From Pelomyxa schiedti (taxonomy: Eukaryota > Protista > Evosea), in the NCBI GenBank assembly GCA_020536535.1, contig JAHLWZ010000113.1, positions 66,548 through 130,547 of the forward strand: 64,000 nt of DNA. The letters are read 5' to 3'. A program made the translations under genes and the position numbers. Under the pieces are notes generated by a model, which saw nothing but the letters and a program-made list of their open reading frames with translations, made no database searches and was not told the DNA's origin. Position 1 is the stretch's first letter. Every line of letters begins with the position of its first letter. Positions 22,465-35,075 of the stretch are shown here, in pieces.

Positions 22465-24620
22465 ATGGGCTTAAAGGACTTCTGGAAGACACTTAAAAAA
22501 ATGGGGCGGTTTAGTGTTGCGTTGCCACCGGGCTCGTGCGACTTCTTGTACGTAGATCTTAACTCCTTCCTCCACAACGCTATGAGGGAAAGAAAATCCT
22601 ACCAACGTAACCCGAATCCGGTCCCTACTACGGATTCCGCTTCCGCTTCCACTTCTACTTCTACTTCTGCTTCTACTTCTGCTTCTGCTTCTGCTTCTGC
22701 TTCTGCTTCTGCTTCTGCTTCTGCTTCTGCTTCTGCTTCTGCTTCTGGTTCGGCTTCGACTCAGTCTCCTCCGCCACTGAAACAGGTATTGCGTTCCTAT
22801 AATAAAATACATCATTTTTGCTTCGCCTTACGTGACTTACTCTGTGGTGTAGTTCGTCCCGCCGTCGGATCTTACTCAAGATGAACGTCGAAAACTGTTT
22901 GCTCGATTGGGTTCTAACTTGAGAAACACCCGACCTCGACGTTTATTGTACTTTGCATTGGATGGTGTGGCGCCAGTTGCAAAAGTGAGGAACCAGGCGC
23001 TTCACAGACGTGATCACTTGAGGTTTGCATTATTACCAGCGCCGACGCCTCTGAAAAACCCTTGCGTTCAGACATCAGCCCCGCTCTGTTGCCATTTCGC
23101 CTGGAACAGAAATGATGGCAAACGTTTCCCGGCACCTCCGTAATTGGATTATTTCTCAGCTTGAAGCAAATCCTACCTGGCATAATCTGTGTGTTATATT
23201 GAGTGACAGCAGTGTTCCAGGTGAAGGGGAACAGAAATTTGTCAACTTCATTAGAGCGCAGTGCGCGTCTCCGCAGTGGTCTCCAGACATCGAACACACA
23301 ATTTGTTCCAGCGACTCTGATCTCGTACTGCTTATACTTGCAACGCGTGAGCGAAATGTTGCAATTGCCAGAGAACAAGTATCCCTCCTATTAAGTTGGA
23401 CTTTTCTAATCCCATCAGGGAGACACTTTCCTCATTGGGCGGCTGACTCCATTCCTGAAAAAGTACTTTGAAGCCTTTTCACAGAACATTGATATTGAAA
23501 AAGTGCTGAATGACTGGGTGTTTCTTGTATTATGCTGGTTTGACAATGACTTCCTCCCCGGTATTCGGAACGGCGGAGGTTTAAAGCGGGCTATGAAGTT
23601 GTATGGGAACTATCTGAAGGAATGTGGCACCCGAATCGAATACCTCACAAATGAGGGGAAGCTCAATATAAAAGCCCTGGGCGCAATGATCAAGCCCTTT
23701 CTGGATAGAGATGTGAAACGTAAAGTTTTTGATCCCAGTTTCTTGAAGACATGGTGTTCCAGTCATATAAGATCCCTGTGCTGGGTTCTCGATTATTTTA
23801 CCCAAGGGCACCCATCGTGGGTGGTGTGTATTGACATACTTGTTTTCAATCAACCATACGCAGAAAGTAATCCCCCAATGGGAGTATGAATATTCCCGGA
23901 GTCCTTCGTTACGTGACCTGGCAAGCCAAATAGGTTCTATGTCGGAGTACCCGCAGTTTGAACTGGTACCCCGGTGTACACCTCTCGAAGTTCTTACATG
24001 TATCACCCCTTTCGAGTGTGTTTCTTTGGTTCCTGAGTGTTACCGCGGTCTTCTCACTGACGAATCCTCGCCGTTTCGTCGTTTTACTGGCAAAGTCTCC
24101 GCCGCAGAAGCAAAGAAACTCCCGGAACACGAAACACTTTCGTATTTGGTGAATGCTGTGAAGTCTATACAACTGACTGGCCTATCTGAACAACAACAGA
24201 AACTTAACACCTTTGGGTCAGAAACTATATTCTTCTCCTCGCGACACCCACTTGCCCGACTACTGCCAAAGGACTCTCCCAGTTGTGGGGTGGCTATTCC
24301 AAGTGCTCTTCAGAATAAGCTCTCACTTAGTGGTACTCTTTCAGATTTTTCAACTGTGAAGTCCGTCATGATGGCAAAGTTCGAGCTTACTCCAGGTTCC
24401 CAACAACCGGTCCAAATTCCCAAAGCACCCGCGCCGAGCGCCACCGTGCCTAAATTCACCCAACACAGTGAGATGAAGTTTTCCAAGTCAGCTCCAAAGC
24501 CACCACCACATGGGGAAGTGAAGTTGCATGTGCCCGTTCCTCAACCTGCCAAAACGATCTTGCTACCAACTCGTCTCCAGCGCAAAGCCCCTTCAACACA
24601 TGACAGCAAAGTGATTTCAA
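22465..24620 (+). CDS. XRN-family 5'-3' exoribonuclease (3' end lost in assembly gap)
   Basis: MGLKDFW, DFLYVDLNSFLH, YFALDGVAPVAK, SDSSVPGEGEQK, DSDLVLL, DWVFLVLCWFDNDFLPG. Confidence 0.88.
22636..22747 (+). repeat. (GCTTCT/ACTTCT)n hexamer microsatellite encoding poly(Ser-Ala/Thr)
   Basis: Tandem hexamer directly visible within XRN exon 1. Confidence 0.95.
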
Positions 24621-24720
24621 NNNNNNNNNNNNNNNNNNNNNNNNNNNNNNNNNNNNNNNNNNNNNNNNNNNNNNNNNNNNNNNNNNNNNNNNNNNNNNNN
24701 NNNNNNNNNNNNNNNNNNNN
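24621..24720. other. Assembly gap (100 N)
   Basis: Run of N. Confidence 1.
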
Positions 24721-24909
24721 CCACGCACCACCACGCCCACGACTGAGGTATCTCAACCGAACCCCAAGCGACCCAGAATATGCACACTCAAAGTCAGACC
24801 CGCACCTGGCGAGGTTTTATTTTAGCTCCATCTTCCCCTTGTAGATTCGTCTAAAAATTTCTCTTGTAAACCAAAAAAAAAAAAAAAAAAAAAAAACGCT
24901 CCAAGAGAA

Positions 24910-26144
24910 ATGAGCACTGAAGGTCCCACTAGTACGTCGACGACAACGGCAGCAGCTGAGACGACGAGGCCGGCGACACCACCCCCGCCGAGTGGCGAGG
25001 ACAGGGCCGACGACGGGGCAGCGGTTGCAGACGAGCTGGGGGAGTGGAGGGCACAGGGGCGGAGGGAGGCAAGTGCGAACATGAAGGCGTGGCAGCAGGG
25101 ATGGACTGACTACTGCGGAGAGTGCGTAGTACACATTACAAATGCCACAGGAAACTATATATATAATATGCCACACTAGTCATTTATTGTCTGTAGAGTG
25201 TTGTTGGAGGGTGGGCATGTGGGTTATGGTTAATGGAATCTGTAATGTAGAGGAGGAAATAGGGGTGGGAGTTTTTTTTTTTTTTTTTTTTTCTTAGAAT
25301 TCTTGACGCCAAGGATACACAAACAAAAAAACGCAGCCGGTGTTGTTATTCTCCTGCGTGTGCTACTATTCGATGTGACTGCTGTATGTCAGTTCTTACT
25401 AGGGGTGCGCCCCCACCAGACCGCTACGTCTGCATGGAGTGTGCGTTGGGGGATGAGCCGACGTTGTGCCCGACTTGTTTTGTTGGGGCTGAATTTCCGC
25501 ACAACCACACCAAATGGTGCCTTGTGACAGCAGAAACTGGTGACCACACCATCACAACAAGGACAAATTCGTCAGTCTCTCTTCCCGCCACAAGGAAGAA
25601 CCTCACCGATTCCGGCAGCTGGCTAGACGAATTCCTCGGGGCGTTCTCAGCCCTTCATGACTGCTTCGAGACCACATACAACTCAGGAACCACTACCCCC
25701 ACAACAGCGCCGATTGCCGGCGGTGGCCCAACCACCTCCACCACAAGTGCAGGAGTGGCCGGGAGTGAGAAGGATGATAAGCAACAGTCATCAGCAAAGC
25801 AGGACAGCAAGGACCAACAAAAGGACCAGAAGTCTACACAGGATGACAAGAGTGGAAGCCCAGATACAGCAGCAACTCCCCCAACGACTTCTTCTTCTTC
25901 AGCATCCACATCGACGACCGAGCGGACGATCAGCAGGGCGCAGTTGCGTGCGTTGCTGACGTCACTGCAGGCGCATGTGCAACTGCCCCCAATTCCGCCT
26001 GGTGACGATTCGGCGCTTTTGCTGCCTCAGGTCACGAATTACACTGAGCGGGACTGTGCCAATGTCTTGAGGTTGCTTTTGCTGGATCTGCACCCGCAGC
26101 AATGGATTCAGAGGCTCATTGCTGCTGCCTACGACTCCTTTTGA
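24910..26144 (+). CDS. Hypothetical protein with a ZZ-like Cys/His zinc finger
   Basis: YCGECW...RYVCMECALGDEPTLCPTCF...HNH spans the exons; GC-rich first exon. Confidence 0.6.
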
Positions 26145-26339
26145 GGGGTTGCCTTTGTCCTTCCGCGCGACCGATGTTCCTGATTTATGTGAAGTTTTTG
26201 AAACGTCCTTGAAAATTCGTTCCCGGGACATCCATCAATGTTCACTTGAACAACCGATCACAAAGGAAAAAGCCAGATCCGACGAAAAGACGGGACGTTT
26301 GTGTGCCGTGGAAAAAGGCAAACGAAAAACACAGATTGA

Positions 26340-28057
26340 ATGCAGGCGGCCGAATCGCCAACGCGGCGTAAGTTGGTGACTCTGGGGCTGGGAATGGCGA
26401 TGATTTTTTGTGGTTGTGGGACAACAATCACCCTTGATTGCATTGATGCCACAGAGTGTGTCAGTATTTTCCTGCCTCTCCAACGCTTGAAAATTTTTGT
26501 TTTGTGGCATTTGGTCCTTCCTTTTGTTGTTGGTTTTGACATGTGACAGGCTGGCCTTTCAAAAAGTAATAAGTACTATCTCTATGTAACACGGTTATTT
26601 GCAGATCTCCGGGGTGGCAAGGTGATGTGCACTTGTTCTCGCACCCATGGACCGAGACCCTATTCATGTTTGTGGGTAATCAAATCAGACTTTGTGTTGT
26701 CATTGCGTTGCTCACTTATCCACAGGAGAGTCGCTGGCGGTTGGTTTCGCATTCTACCAAATTGGAGATCACATCAAGTAATTGACTTTTCAATTGTCCT
26801 CATTTTGATTTTTGTTGTAGGATTCAGATGAAAGCAACCCTGCAAAGAGAGGTTCTTACCAACTTGAAGTTATGATTACATTAATCCATCTCAGAAAGCT
26901 CAACGCAAGCCTACACTGTTAAACCGAGTTCGGACAGTTTTGAACTGGAAAATTTTGGCTCCCACCCTACTGGATTTGCTAAGCAGTGCCCTGGGATGTA
27001 TGGAGAGTGTTGTAGCGGTATGATTTTTTTGACTAGACTGTCCAGGCATAGGGCTTCTATACTGTGCAGCCTCCATCTGGCAGATGTTGCGTGGCTCAGT
27101 TGTGATTTTTGCTGCAATTATCTCTGTGATCCTTAAGCAACGGCAGCGCTCCTACCGTTGGATTGCAGTGGGAATAACAACAGTTGGAATAGTCGTAGCT
27201 GGCCTGACTGACGTATTGAACGCCGTTTTTATACATAAATCCTCATCTTCGGGCATGGCCTCTGCTAGTGTCACCGACCAACTCGTTCCAGAAGTATATC
27301 AACATATTTTCGGAATTGTTGTGGTCGTAGTGGCACAAATTCCGCGTGCACTCAAGTCGGTACTGGAAGAGAAATATCTCAAGATGTATAGATTTATCCC
27401 TTCTCAAATTCTTGGAGCTGAAGGAGTGTTTGGCACAGCAACGATGTGCCTTATACTACCACTATTATCTGTGATCCCTGGGAAAAATGTTCACTTTCCT
27501 TCGCTTCACCTTCGTGTTTTGAAACTCAGGACAGGTATCTCCATTGCCGTATAACACATATGAGTGCATTGCTGACGCAGCTCTGCAACTGTGGAACACC
27601 CCATGGCTATTAGGGATGGCACTTTTATACATTCTGTTTGCTTTCCTCTATGGCGTTGTTGCCCTGTATATAACAGGGCGATTGTCAGCAGTGGACCGTA
27701 CTCTCGTTGATTCATGTAGGACAGTTTTCGTTTGGGCCTGTGATTTGTTCATCTACTACATTATAAGCAAGCAATATGGTGATCCTTGGACTGTGTTCTC
27801 CTGGCTGCAAGGTTGGGATTCCATCTCAGATTACCTTTAACCCATTTCCAGTTGGGTCATTGGTATTGATGCTATCTGGTACTCTTATCTCCAATGAAGT
27901 CATCAAGTTCCCGTGCCTGGATTACACGGCCGACGCACTACCTCCCACCAACTGGAAGAAGCCACCAACAGACAAAGATCCCCTTTTAAGCAGCGGCACC
28001 ATCCCCATTCTACCACCTCCGGAACCCCGACGAGACGATCGTGAGTCCGCTCTGTGA
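26340..28057 (+). CDS. SLC35F6-like drug/metabolite (nucleotide-sugar) transporter
   Basis: ASIWQMLRGSVVIFAAIIS, VLEEKYLK, ILGAEGVFG, LSAVDRTLVDSCRTVFVW, and multiple TM helices. Confidence 0.85.
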
Positions 28058-28179
28058 GTGCATAGCGGTACTCTTACCTCCTGTATTTTTTATGCACGAA
28101 TTCAACAGCGAGTTTTTTTGTTCGTAAGTTGAAAGAAATGGGGAACCCCAACGAAAAAGGAGAAAAGTGATGTTACGTT

Positions 28180-29701
28180 TTAGTAAGTTCTTTCTACAAG
28201 GTAGTCTGCCAAGGCAGTTAAAAATTGAATACCTTCTGTACTGAGGCTGATTGTTTCCAGGGAAGCTTTTGCCTCCAACACAAGCTGATGAATGCGCTCT
28301 TTGACAACTGGTAGGCCATGTTTATTTATAATCCTTGCCGCTTCATGTACGCGAGCTTCCCATGCCTCGTTTGCAACTCCCTTAGAAGGGTGTTAGGGCG
28401 AGTGATTGAAAGCTATGAAGGTCCTACCTGGTTATTGCACGAGGCACTGCACAGTACTTCTTTCAGTATTGCAACCTCATCAGGTGGTGCCCGGGCAAGG
28501 GCAGTTGTAACGAGCATGGTTGCTTTTCCTTGTCTGATGTCGGAAGCAAATTCTCTCCCTTTTTGACTGTTATCGCTGATGTCGAGCACATCGTCCTGCA
28601 ACTGAAAGGCGATGGCTGCGGCATGGGCGTATTTGGTGAGACCAGCGAGTTGCTCCGGAGTTGCACCGGCAATAAGGGCGCCCGTGCACACAGAAAGTTC
28701 GAATAGCTTAGCTGTTTTGTAGGCCATCATGTACTCATATGTAGCAGTCCACTTGGTCAAATCCCGGACTGAATTGCTTTCTGTAGTTGTAGATACTTGT
28801 TCAGTCGGTAGCTGGCATCCAACCATGTCGAGCACTTGGCCAAGGTTTACCACTGTATAGGCATCCAGAAACCTCCTTTCCAGTTCATTCTGCAAGGATA
28901 GGGTCGCGCGTGTCACATCTTCCGTTACGCCAAATGTTACCGGACAGCAAGGTGTGGTACAACTTGGTGGGAGCGCCGAAGTGGACGATAAACGCAGAGC
29001 CTCAGATGTTAAAATGTTGCCAGCCAGTATACCATGTGAAACTGCAAACAAGTCCTGGGAGTTGTGGAATAAAATGCCTCGGTGCTGTTGTTGGTGTGGG
29101 TGCTGCTGTTCCCAGTCGCGAAGAATCTTAGTGAAACACTTTGAGTTAGAAATGATACTTTGGCAAGAGAGTAACGGGAGGAAAAAGACAAGTAAAAAAA
29201 CCTTCCAGACAGTTGGGTTTCCCCTCCTGAGGCTATCTTCATCCATTATGTCATCATGGACAAGAGTTGATGTGTGCAGCAGTTCAGCAGCCAGCATTAT
29301 ATTTGCAAGTGAGCGGTTGGCAACATCCTCCTCCAAAGGTGGTGCCGGTTTGTCAATGTACTTCACAGCCCGATAAGCCATCAAACAAGCTTCATGTTAA
29401 CGTTTTTAAAATAAAACTGCGTGTTCCAAAAGGCAAAAACTGCCACCACAACACCCCATGGTGAAGTAAAGGTAAAAAACAAAAAAACAAAAAAAACCAA
29501 ACAAAACATACCGGCGGGCCTCAGTCTCTTTCCACCGCAGAGTACGAAACCCTCCAGAGTTTGGTACAAGTAGCTCACAAATGCGTCGTCGGCACACATG
29601 CCGCTGACGATCCCTGGTCTGAGAATGTTGTGGAAGTGCCCCACAATGACGGGCTGAAAGAGCCCCGCTATTTGGGATAGAGTGCGCACAACGTCACACA
29701 T
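28180..29701 (-). CDS. Polyprenyl diphosphate synthase (GGPPS/IdsA type)
   Basis: GGKRLRP, first Asp-rich motif ELLHTSTLVHDDIMDEDSLRRG, YKTAKLF, second motif FQLQDDVLD, and SDIRQGKAT. Confidence 0.92.
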
Positions 29702-29991
29702 TTGATAGTATCACTGCAGCCTTTGGAGTCGTGATCTCAATAAGTCAGTGCAGAGTCCCGATTCTGATCGGTGGAGAGCACTCAACCCCGAGCAAAATTG
29801 TGGTCCTCAGTGCTCCTCTGAGGTGGAGGGTTTGATTCTTCTTGATTGCCTGGAAAACAAAACTACAAAAAGAAAAAACGCCGCTGTTTAAACGTTTATC
29901 AACTACTCTCGTTGATGGTTGGTGTGTCTGCTTTTTTTTTTTTTTTTGTTTCCCTCCACACCCTGCCCAACGCCATAACCAACGACCCACA

Positions 29992-31023
29992 ATGCACCCT
30001 CCTCCTCCCTCAGACCTCGAAATCCTGGGCGACATCGGTTCGGGCATCGCGTCGGCGGCCATGAGCGCGGGCCGCTCCACCTACGTCGAGACCACGATCC
30101 CCGCGTCGGCGCTCACGCGGCGCGGCAACCTGCGCCCGGGGTACTACAACCGCCTCTTCTACGGCGCGGTCGCCGAGCACGTGGAGTCGCCCGCCGACGC
30201 GCTGGTGATGCCCGCGGTGAGCTTCACCAAGGGCCCCTGCGCCGCCTGCTGCATGTGCGGCGACTGCTGCGCCGTGTGCCAGCCCGGCTGCGGCACCGGC
30301 GACTGCTGCAACTGCGAGACCGAGGACGGCTGCGCCGGCAAATTCTGCTGCATGTGCGGGGGAACCAAGTTGGTCAGGCACAGGAAGGACAAGGACGAGG
30401 ACGCGGGCGGGGGCGGGGGCGGCAAGGGGGGCTCTGGCTTCGAGTCGGGTCCAACGTGTGTGACGATGACGGCGGTGTCTACTACTACTACTACAACAAC
30501 CACCACCACGACGACGACGAGCAGTCCCACGGCAAGTTCTGCGGATTCGGTGGACCCACCTCCGGGTGGTAAAGAGGGGAATCAGGAGTACGAGGAGGAG
30601 AAGGAGGAGGGGTGCAATGCTTGCTTTCTGTTGTTCTCACTGGTGCAGGGGTGTTGCTTGTGTGAGAGGTGTGAGTGCATCACAAACAAGAATGATTGCT
30701 CTGGTTGTAACTGCCAAGGTTGCTCTGGGACCTCTTGTGAAAATACATGGCTGTAGCCTGCTTACTGTTGCCAAACTTTTTGGCGTGTGTGATAAACACT
30801 CAAAATAAAACAAGCCCAATGTGGCGTGTCTTCATTTCTGGTAACTAGTTCTCATTGCTGATTCTCTGAGGGTAAAGTTAGACCAAACTTCAAGGAGATC
30901 ACTGGGATATGTGATTGTCAAGTGCCAACTGGGAATCTTATTCCCTGTGTACAGGTGATGAATGATGGCGAGTGAACCAATTTTTCCAGCCTTGATTTCA
31001 GTGGAATAACCGCCACTCAATAA
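29992..31023 (+). CDS. Cys-rich protein, possibly a scramblase/tubby-like fold fragment
   Basis: Exon 1 has dense CC/CxxC clusters. Three predicted introns extend the frame to ...WLPMWRVFISDQTSRRSLGYVIVKCQLGILFPVYSLDFSGITATQ* (TAA 31021-31023). Confidence 0.5.
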
Positions 31024-31142
31024 GACAAAGAAAGAAAAAAAAAAACAAAAAAACCCTCCAACGATCACGTGCGGCGAGCGACACGATTTTTTTTTTGGTT
31101 GTCCCTTAAGGGCAGAGGCGAATACTAAGGGACAAAACAAAA

Positions 31143-34100
31143 ATGGATTTGATGCTGGGATGTTGTGATGAGAACTCTGGATCGGACTGTGATGGTTGTG
31201 ATTCAATGCCATGTTGCATCTTGGAAAAAGGGTTGGTGATTGCATTGGTCTGCCTTTCGCTCCTAACAAAAGCCCTTTGTGAAGGTGTTCCTGTGTGAAG
31301 TTTACACCACTTATCTATGTGAGCAAGGCTAGCAACTGGATGGGCGTCCATGTCCTATGGCCGCTTTTTGTTTATGCATCCACGGTAATTCTATTTTATT
31401 AGTTCTTTCTGGGGTTTTGGCTTCTCTTTTTTTTTTTGTTTTTTTTTTTTTTGGGAAAACTTCTCATTGACGTGAACAGGGCGCTCAAGCGTTGTGTGTT
31501 TTCTTGGGTTGCTTGTTCAACTACTATAAAGATGATGACTATTGGTGCTGCCAGTTTTCATTCTTGTGGTGGCACTTCAACCATGATCGAAATGAGACTT
31601 CTACAGTATCCTTGTTCCCCCCATTTTGTAGAGAAAATCGGGATGGAAGACGCAGAATTTTTATATTAGTGCCACCCATATATTGGAGGAGTGGTTTGGA
31701 CATTTATTGTGAGCCTTCTCTCTGTATTATTAGACGTAACTTTACCCAGTTTTGCAAATCGTTCCACTGTTCGGTGTTATCATCAACCACATAAATGACT
31801 CTATTGACTTCAACATACTTTGTTACCTGTTTCGAGTTAAAACCTCAGAGAAGTCTACAGTGGTAATAGTGCTCTCACCCAACTTTATTGCTGAAAGCAA
31901 TTTGTACTTTCCCTCGACAGGTCTGGCTTCTTCCCTTTTTCACTTTCTGGTCGAAGTCAGGTGACTTCTGGGAGTTTTCTATGTTCTGCTATCTCATTCG
32001 GTTTCGTAAGTATGACGACCATGGATTCTTATTTACTGTATTACCATTTGTCTGGATACACTCCAGAGTATGCTCCACTAGATTTCTTACTCTGCTAACT
32101 CTGCATTCCTACAGCTCGCCAATGGAGACAAGAAATTTACAATGACGCTGCTTCCTATACTCACATTTCACTCTACTGATGATAATTACGTTTTTGTGTC
32201 TGCGTTATATTGGCAGTATGCTCACGGGGTTGGCTCTCCAGCTCTCACGTAATGCCTGTAGATTCCATGGTTCAAGGGGAACAAACCACTTTATTGTACC
32301 ACTCCTATTGTACTGGCACAACTATGGAGAATCAAAATTTTTCTTCTGTCCATTTTGGCTATGGTTTGTGAGATTCTTTTCTCTTTCTCCCACCCCTAAA
32401 CTCTGCATTCAGGCGTAAGGGTGAGGATTATGTATATCACTACATGCTCCCTCTTCCTCTTTTTGTCTACCATCGGACTGGACACAGTAAGATGATCCAC
32501 GTTTTACCACTATTCTCCTGGAGAAAACCCGTTGGCGACTCTGTCGGTTGGTTCACATTTCTATTTCTGTTTTGGTATTTAAAGCAGGGCAAAGTAATAC
32601 ATTTGTAATTGCTTTCAATCTCAAATCTTGAAAGAGATCATGGCTGCTGCTTTTTATATTCTATTACCATGCAGTACGGAGTCACGAAATATTGAACCGC
32701 GCAGTGTTATTCTTAATTTTATTGAAATATGACTGGCGAGGACATATTGTTGGCTTTCACTTCCTGTGGCCCCTTATACACGTTGAGTGGGGAGATGATG
32801 TATGCACCTTAGTTTCTGTGAAAGTTCCTTATTGTGGTATAACCTGGAATAATTAGGGGAACTCTGTGAGAGTCATGCCACTCTATTGGCACAGGAAAAC
32901 AAGTTATACTTTCTGTCAAGTACTATTCCCCTTGTATGTACTCACAAGTCTCCTTTTGTCCAACTCAACCCGAATTAAGTTACGTGAATTATCGACATCT
33001 CAAAAAAGGAGACGGTAATATCAACTCGCCACCCTTTTTTCCAAAATGGAACCTTTTTTAAACAATAATTCATCTTCACACCACAACTCCAAAAAACCGA
33101 AGTTAACTCACGTACTTAGCAAGATTTGATCATTGGCTTCTAATATTTCCACTTGCTCTACTACAGTAACAACTCTTCTTTCATGCCTTTTACTAATAAA
33201 AAAAAAAAAACAAAATAGTGAACAACAGAACAGTACTTGGTGCTATGGAAGTCCTGGGTTGGTGATTCCACCATACGTATGGGTGTGGAGACAGAAAGAA
33301 TCAGAGTCATCACAAACATTTATCATTCCACTTTTTACCAGGTGGTGCTTTGGCGGGAATAAGGAGACGTCTTTCCTTTGGCCTCTGGTGTGCCATTATC
33401 CAACCCCTTCAAGTTACAATTAATGAGAACCAAGTTCCGTTTTTGGAGCAGTGAAGAAAAAATTGGTTGCCATATACTACTATTCTGGTATTGCCGAAAC
33501 AAACTCAACGATGAGACTGTTATTACACTCTACCCCTTTTTCTGGGCAACCAAGACTAAAGAAGCAACATACCTGGGCGTGCTACTGATCTTCCCTTATC
33601 CATTTTATGAGTCACGCTTTGCATTTTTCCGGTACTTCCCATTTTATGTTAAAGTGTGGAGAAAAGGATTCCATAAGCCTAATACAAGTAGTTTTCATAG
33701 CACTGGTAAAGATACCATTGTACACCTTTGGCCTTTTTTTTATATTTTGCGCGCTGAAGACATGAGCACAACTTCCTTTTTCTGGATTTTTGCTGATGCA
33801 GCACTGATATATAAAGGCCACTTAAGAGATACACATTGGTTTTATATAGCCTTCTTGGTGTGGTTGGGATACAGTGACGATGGTTCGTTAATACTACTTG
33901 GCTACAACTGAACCCTTACAGGTTCCTTCAAACGACTTTCTATCCTATGGTTCGGAAACTCAAGGTCCCGAATAATTTCCTACACAAAGGAGAGTTTTTG
34001 GATGGCTCTTGTTTTTTGGTGGGGTTTTGGTGACGAAATCAAGTTCAGTATTTTATGGGTACACATTCCATTCCTCATTTCTTAACTCATCCACGTTAGG

Positions 34101-34996
34101 TTACAACACCTATAACGGCTATGATACGTTATCACCAAGGCGAGGTGTTCCACTTGTTCCCAATTTTCTGGATAAGGCAAAAGGAGTACGGAAATTCTTT
34201 TGGGTTTCTCTGGATCGGTCACTACAGACTTAGCCTCGCAGGTAAGCGTGACAAAAAACAGAAAGTTTCATAACCAAACAAAAAAAGGGCGTTTCAAGTC
34301 TAGCTCTTCCACCTACCACATGTTTCTGCCTCTATGGTACCATTACAAAAATGGAGACACAACACTGACACTCCTGCTGTTTGGTGCAGTTGCAAAATAC
34401 CACGAGACCAATTCGTGGGTTTTTCCCGACTGAATTTAAAATTACTAACGCACGAATGTTCTGATTGAACAGTATTTATGTAATTGGATATGGCATTCTC
34501 GTAGCCTACGCTACATCCGATACGTTCACATTGGTCTGTGCCGGTGGTGCCATCTTCATATACAGGACCACATCTGATTACACTCTATTTACAATGGTTG
34601 CATGTGCCCTGTGGTGGAAAATCAAAGACGGTATCTATGACTTTAGAGTTATCTGGAGAGTAATGAGGTTTGCTGAATCCTCGCACCCATTCTGAAGAAC
34701 CTAACCTCCGACCTAATACAGATTCACGTGCGGTGGCAAAGTCTGCCGTTTCGAAATTCACCCGTTCATCTACGTAGCTTCCGGTACTGACACTGAGGTG
34801 TATCTGTTCCTATGGGGCTGGGGACGTGTTAAGGTTTCTATTTTGGGATTAAAACAAACTCAAGACAAATATAAACAACACAACAACCTACGAATATGAC
34901 CCTCACACCACACAGAGAGATGGCGACAACTGGGTTCACCTCGGTTGGTTGTGCTGCTTCACTACAGACTGTGACAAATGCTGGTACCTCGACTAG
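31143..34996 (+). CDS. Large multi-exon aromatic-rich beta-hairpin repeat protein of unknown function
   Basis: About 20 short exons repeat a pattern of polar turn, then hydrophobic-x-hydrophobic-P-F/L-F/Y/W (VLWPLFVY, SLFPPF, LLPFFTFW, VLPFVWIH, FLWPLIH, VMPLYWH, TLYPFFW, HLWPFFY, HLFPIFW, FLPLWYH, IHPFIY). Both termini are Cys-rich. Confidence 0.65.
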
Positions 34997-35075
34997 AGAC
35001 CCCACCTTTTTCCTTCCTGTAAAAAGAAGCGAGTCGAAAAAAAAAAAAACCAAAAAAAACAAGCTTGTTTATGGG

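Noticed and set aside
22471-22879. (RS)n and (QK)n ORFs on the minus strand resembling SR proteins
   Set aside because: They are antisense readings of the GCTTCT microsatellite inside XRN exon 1.
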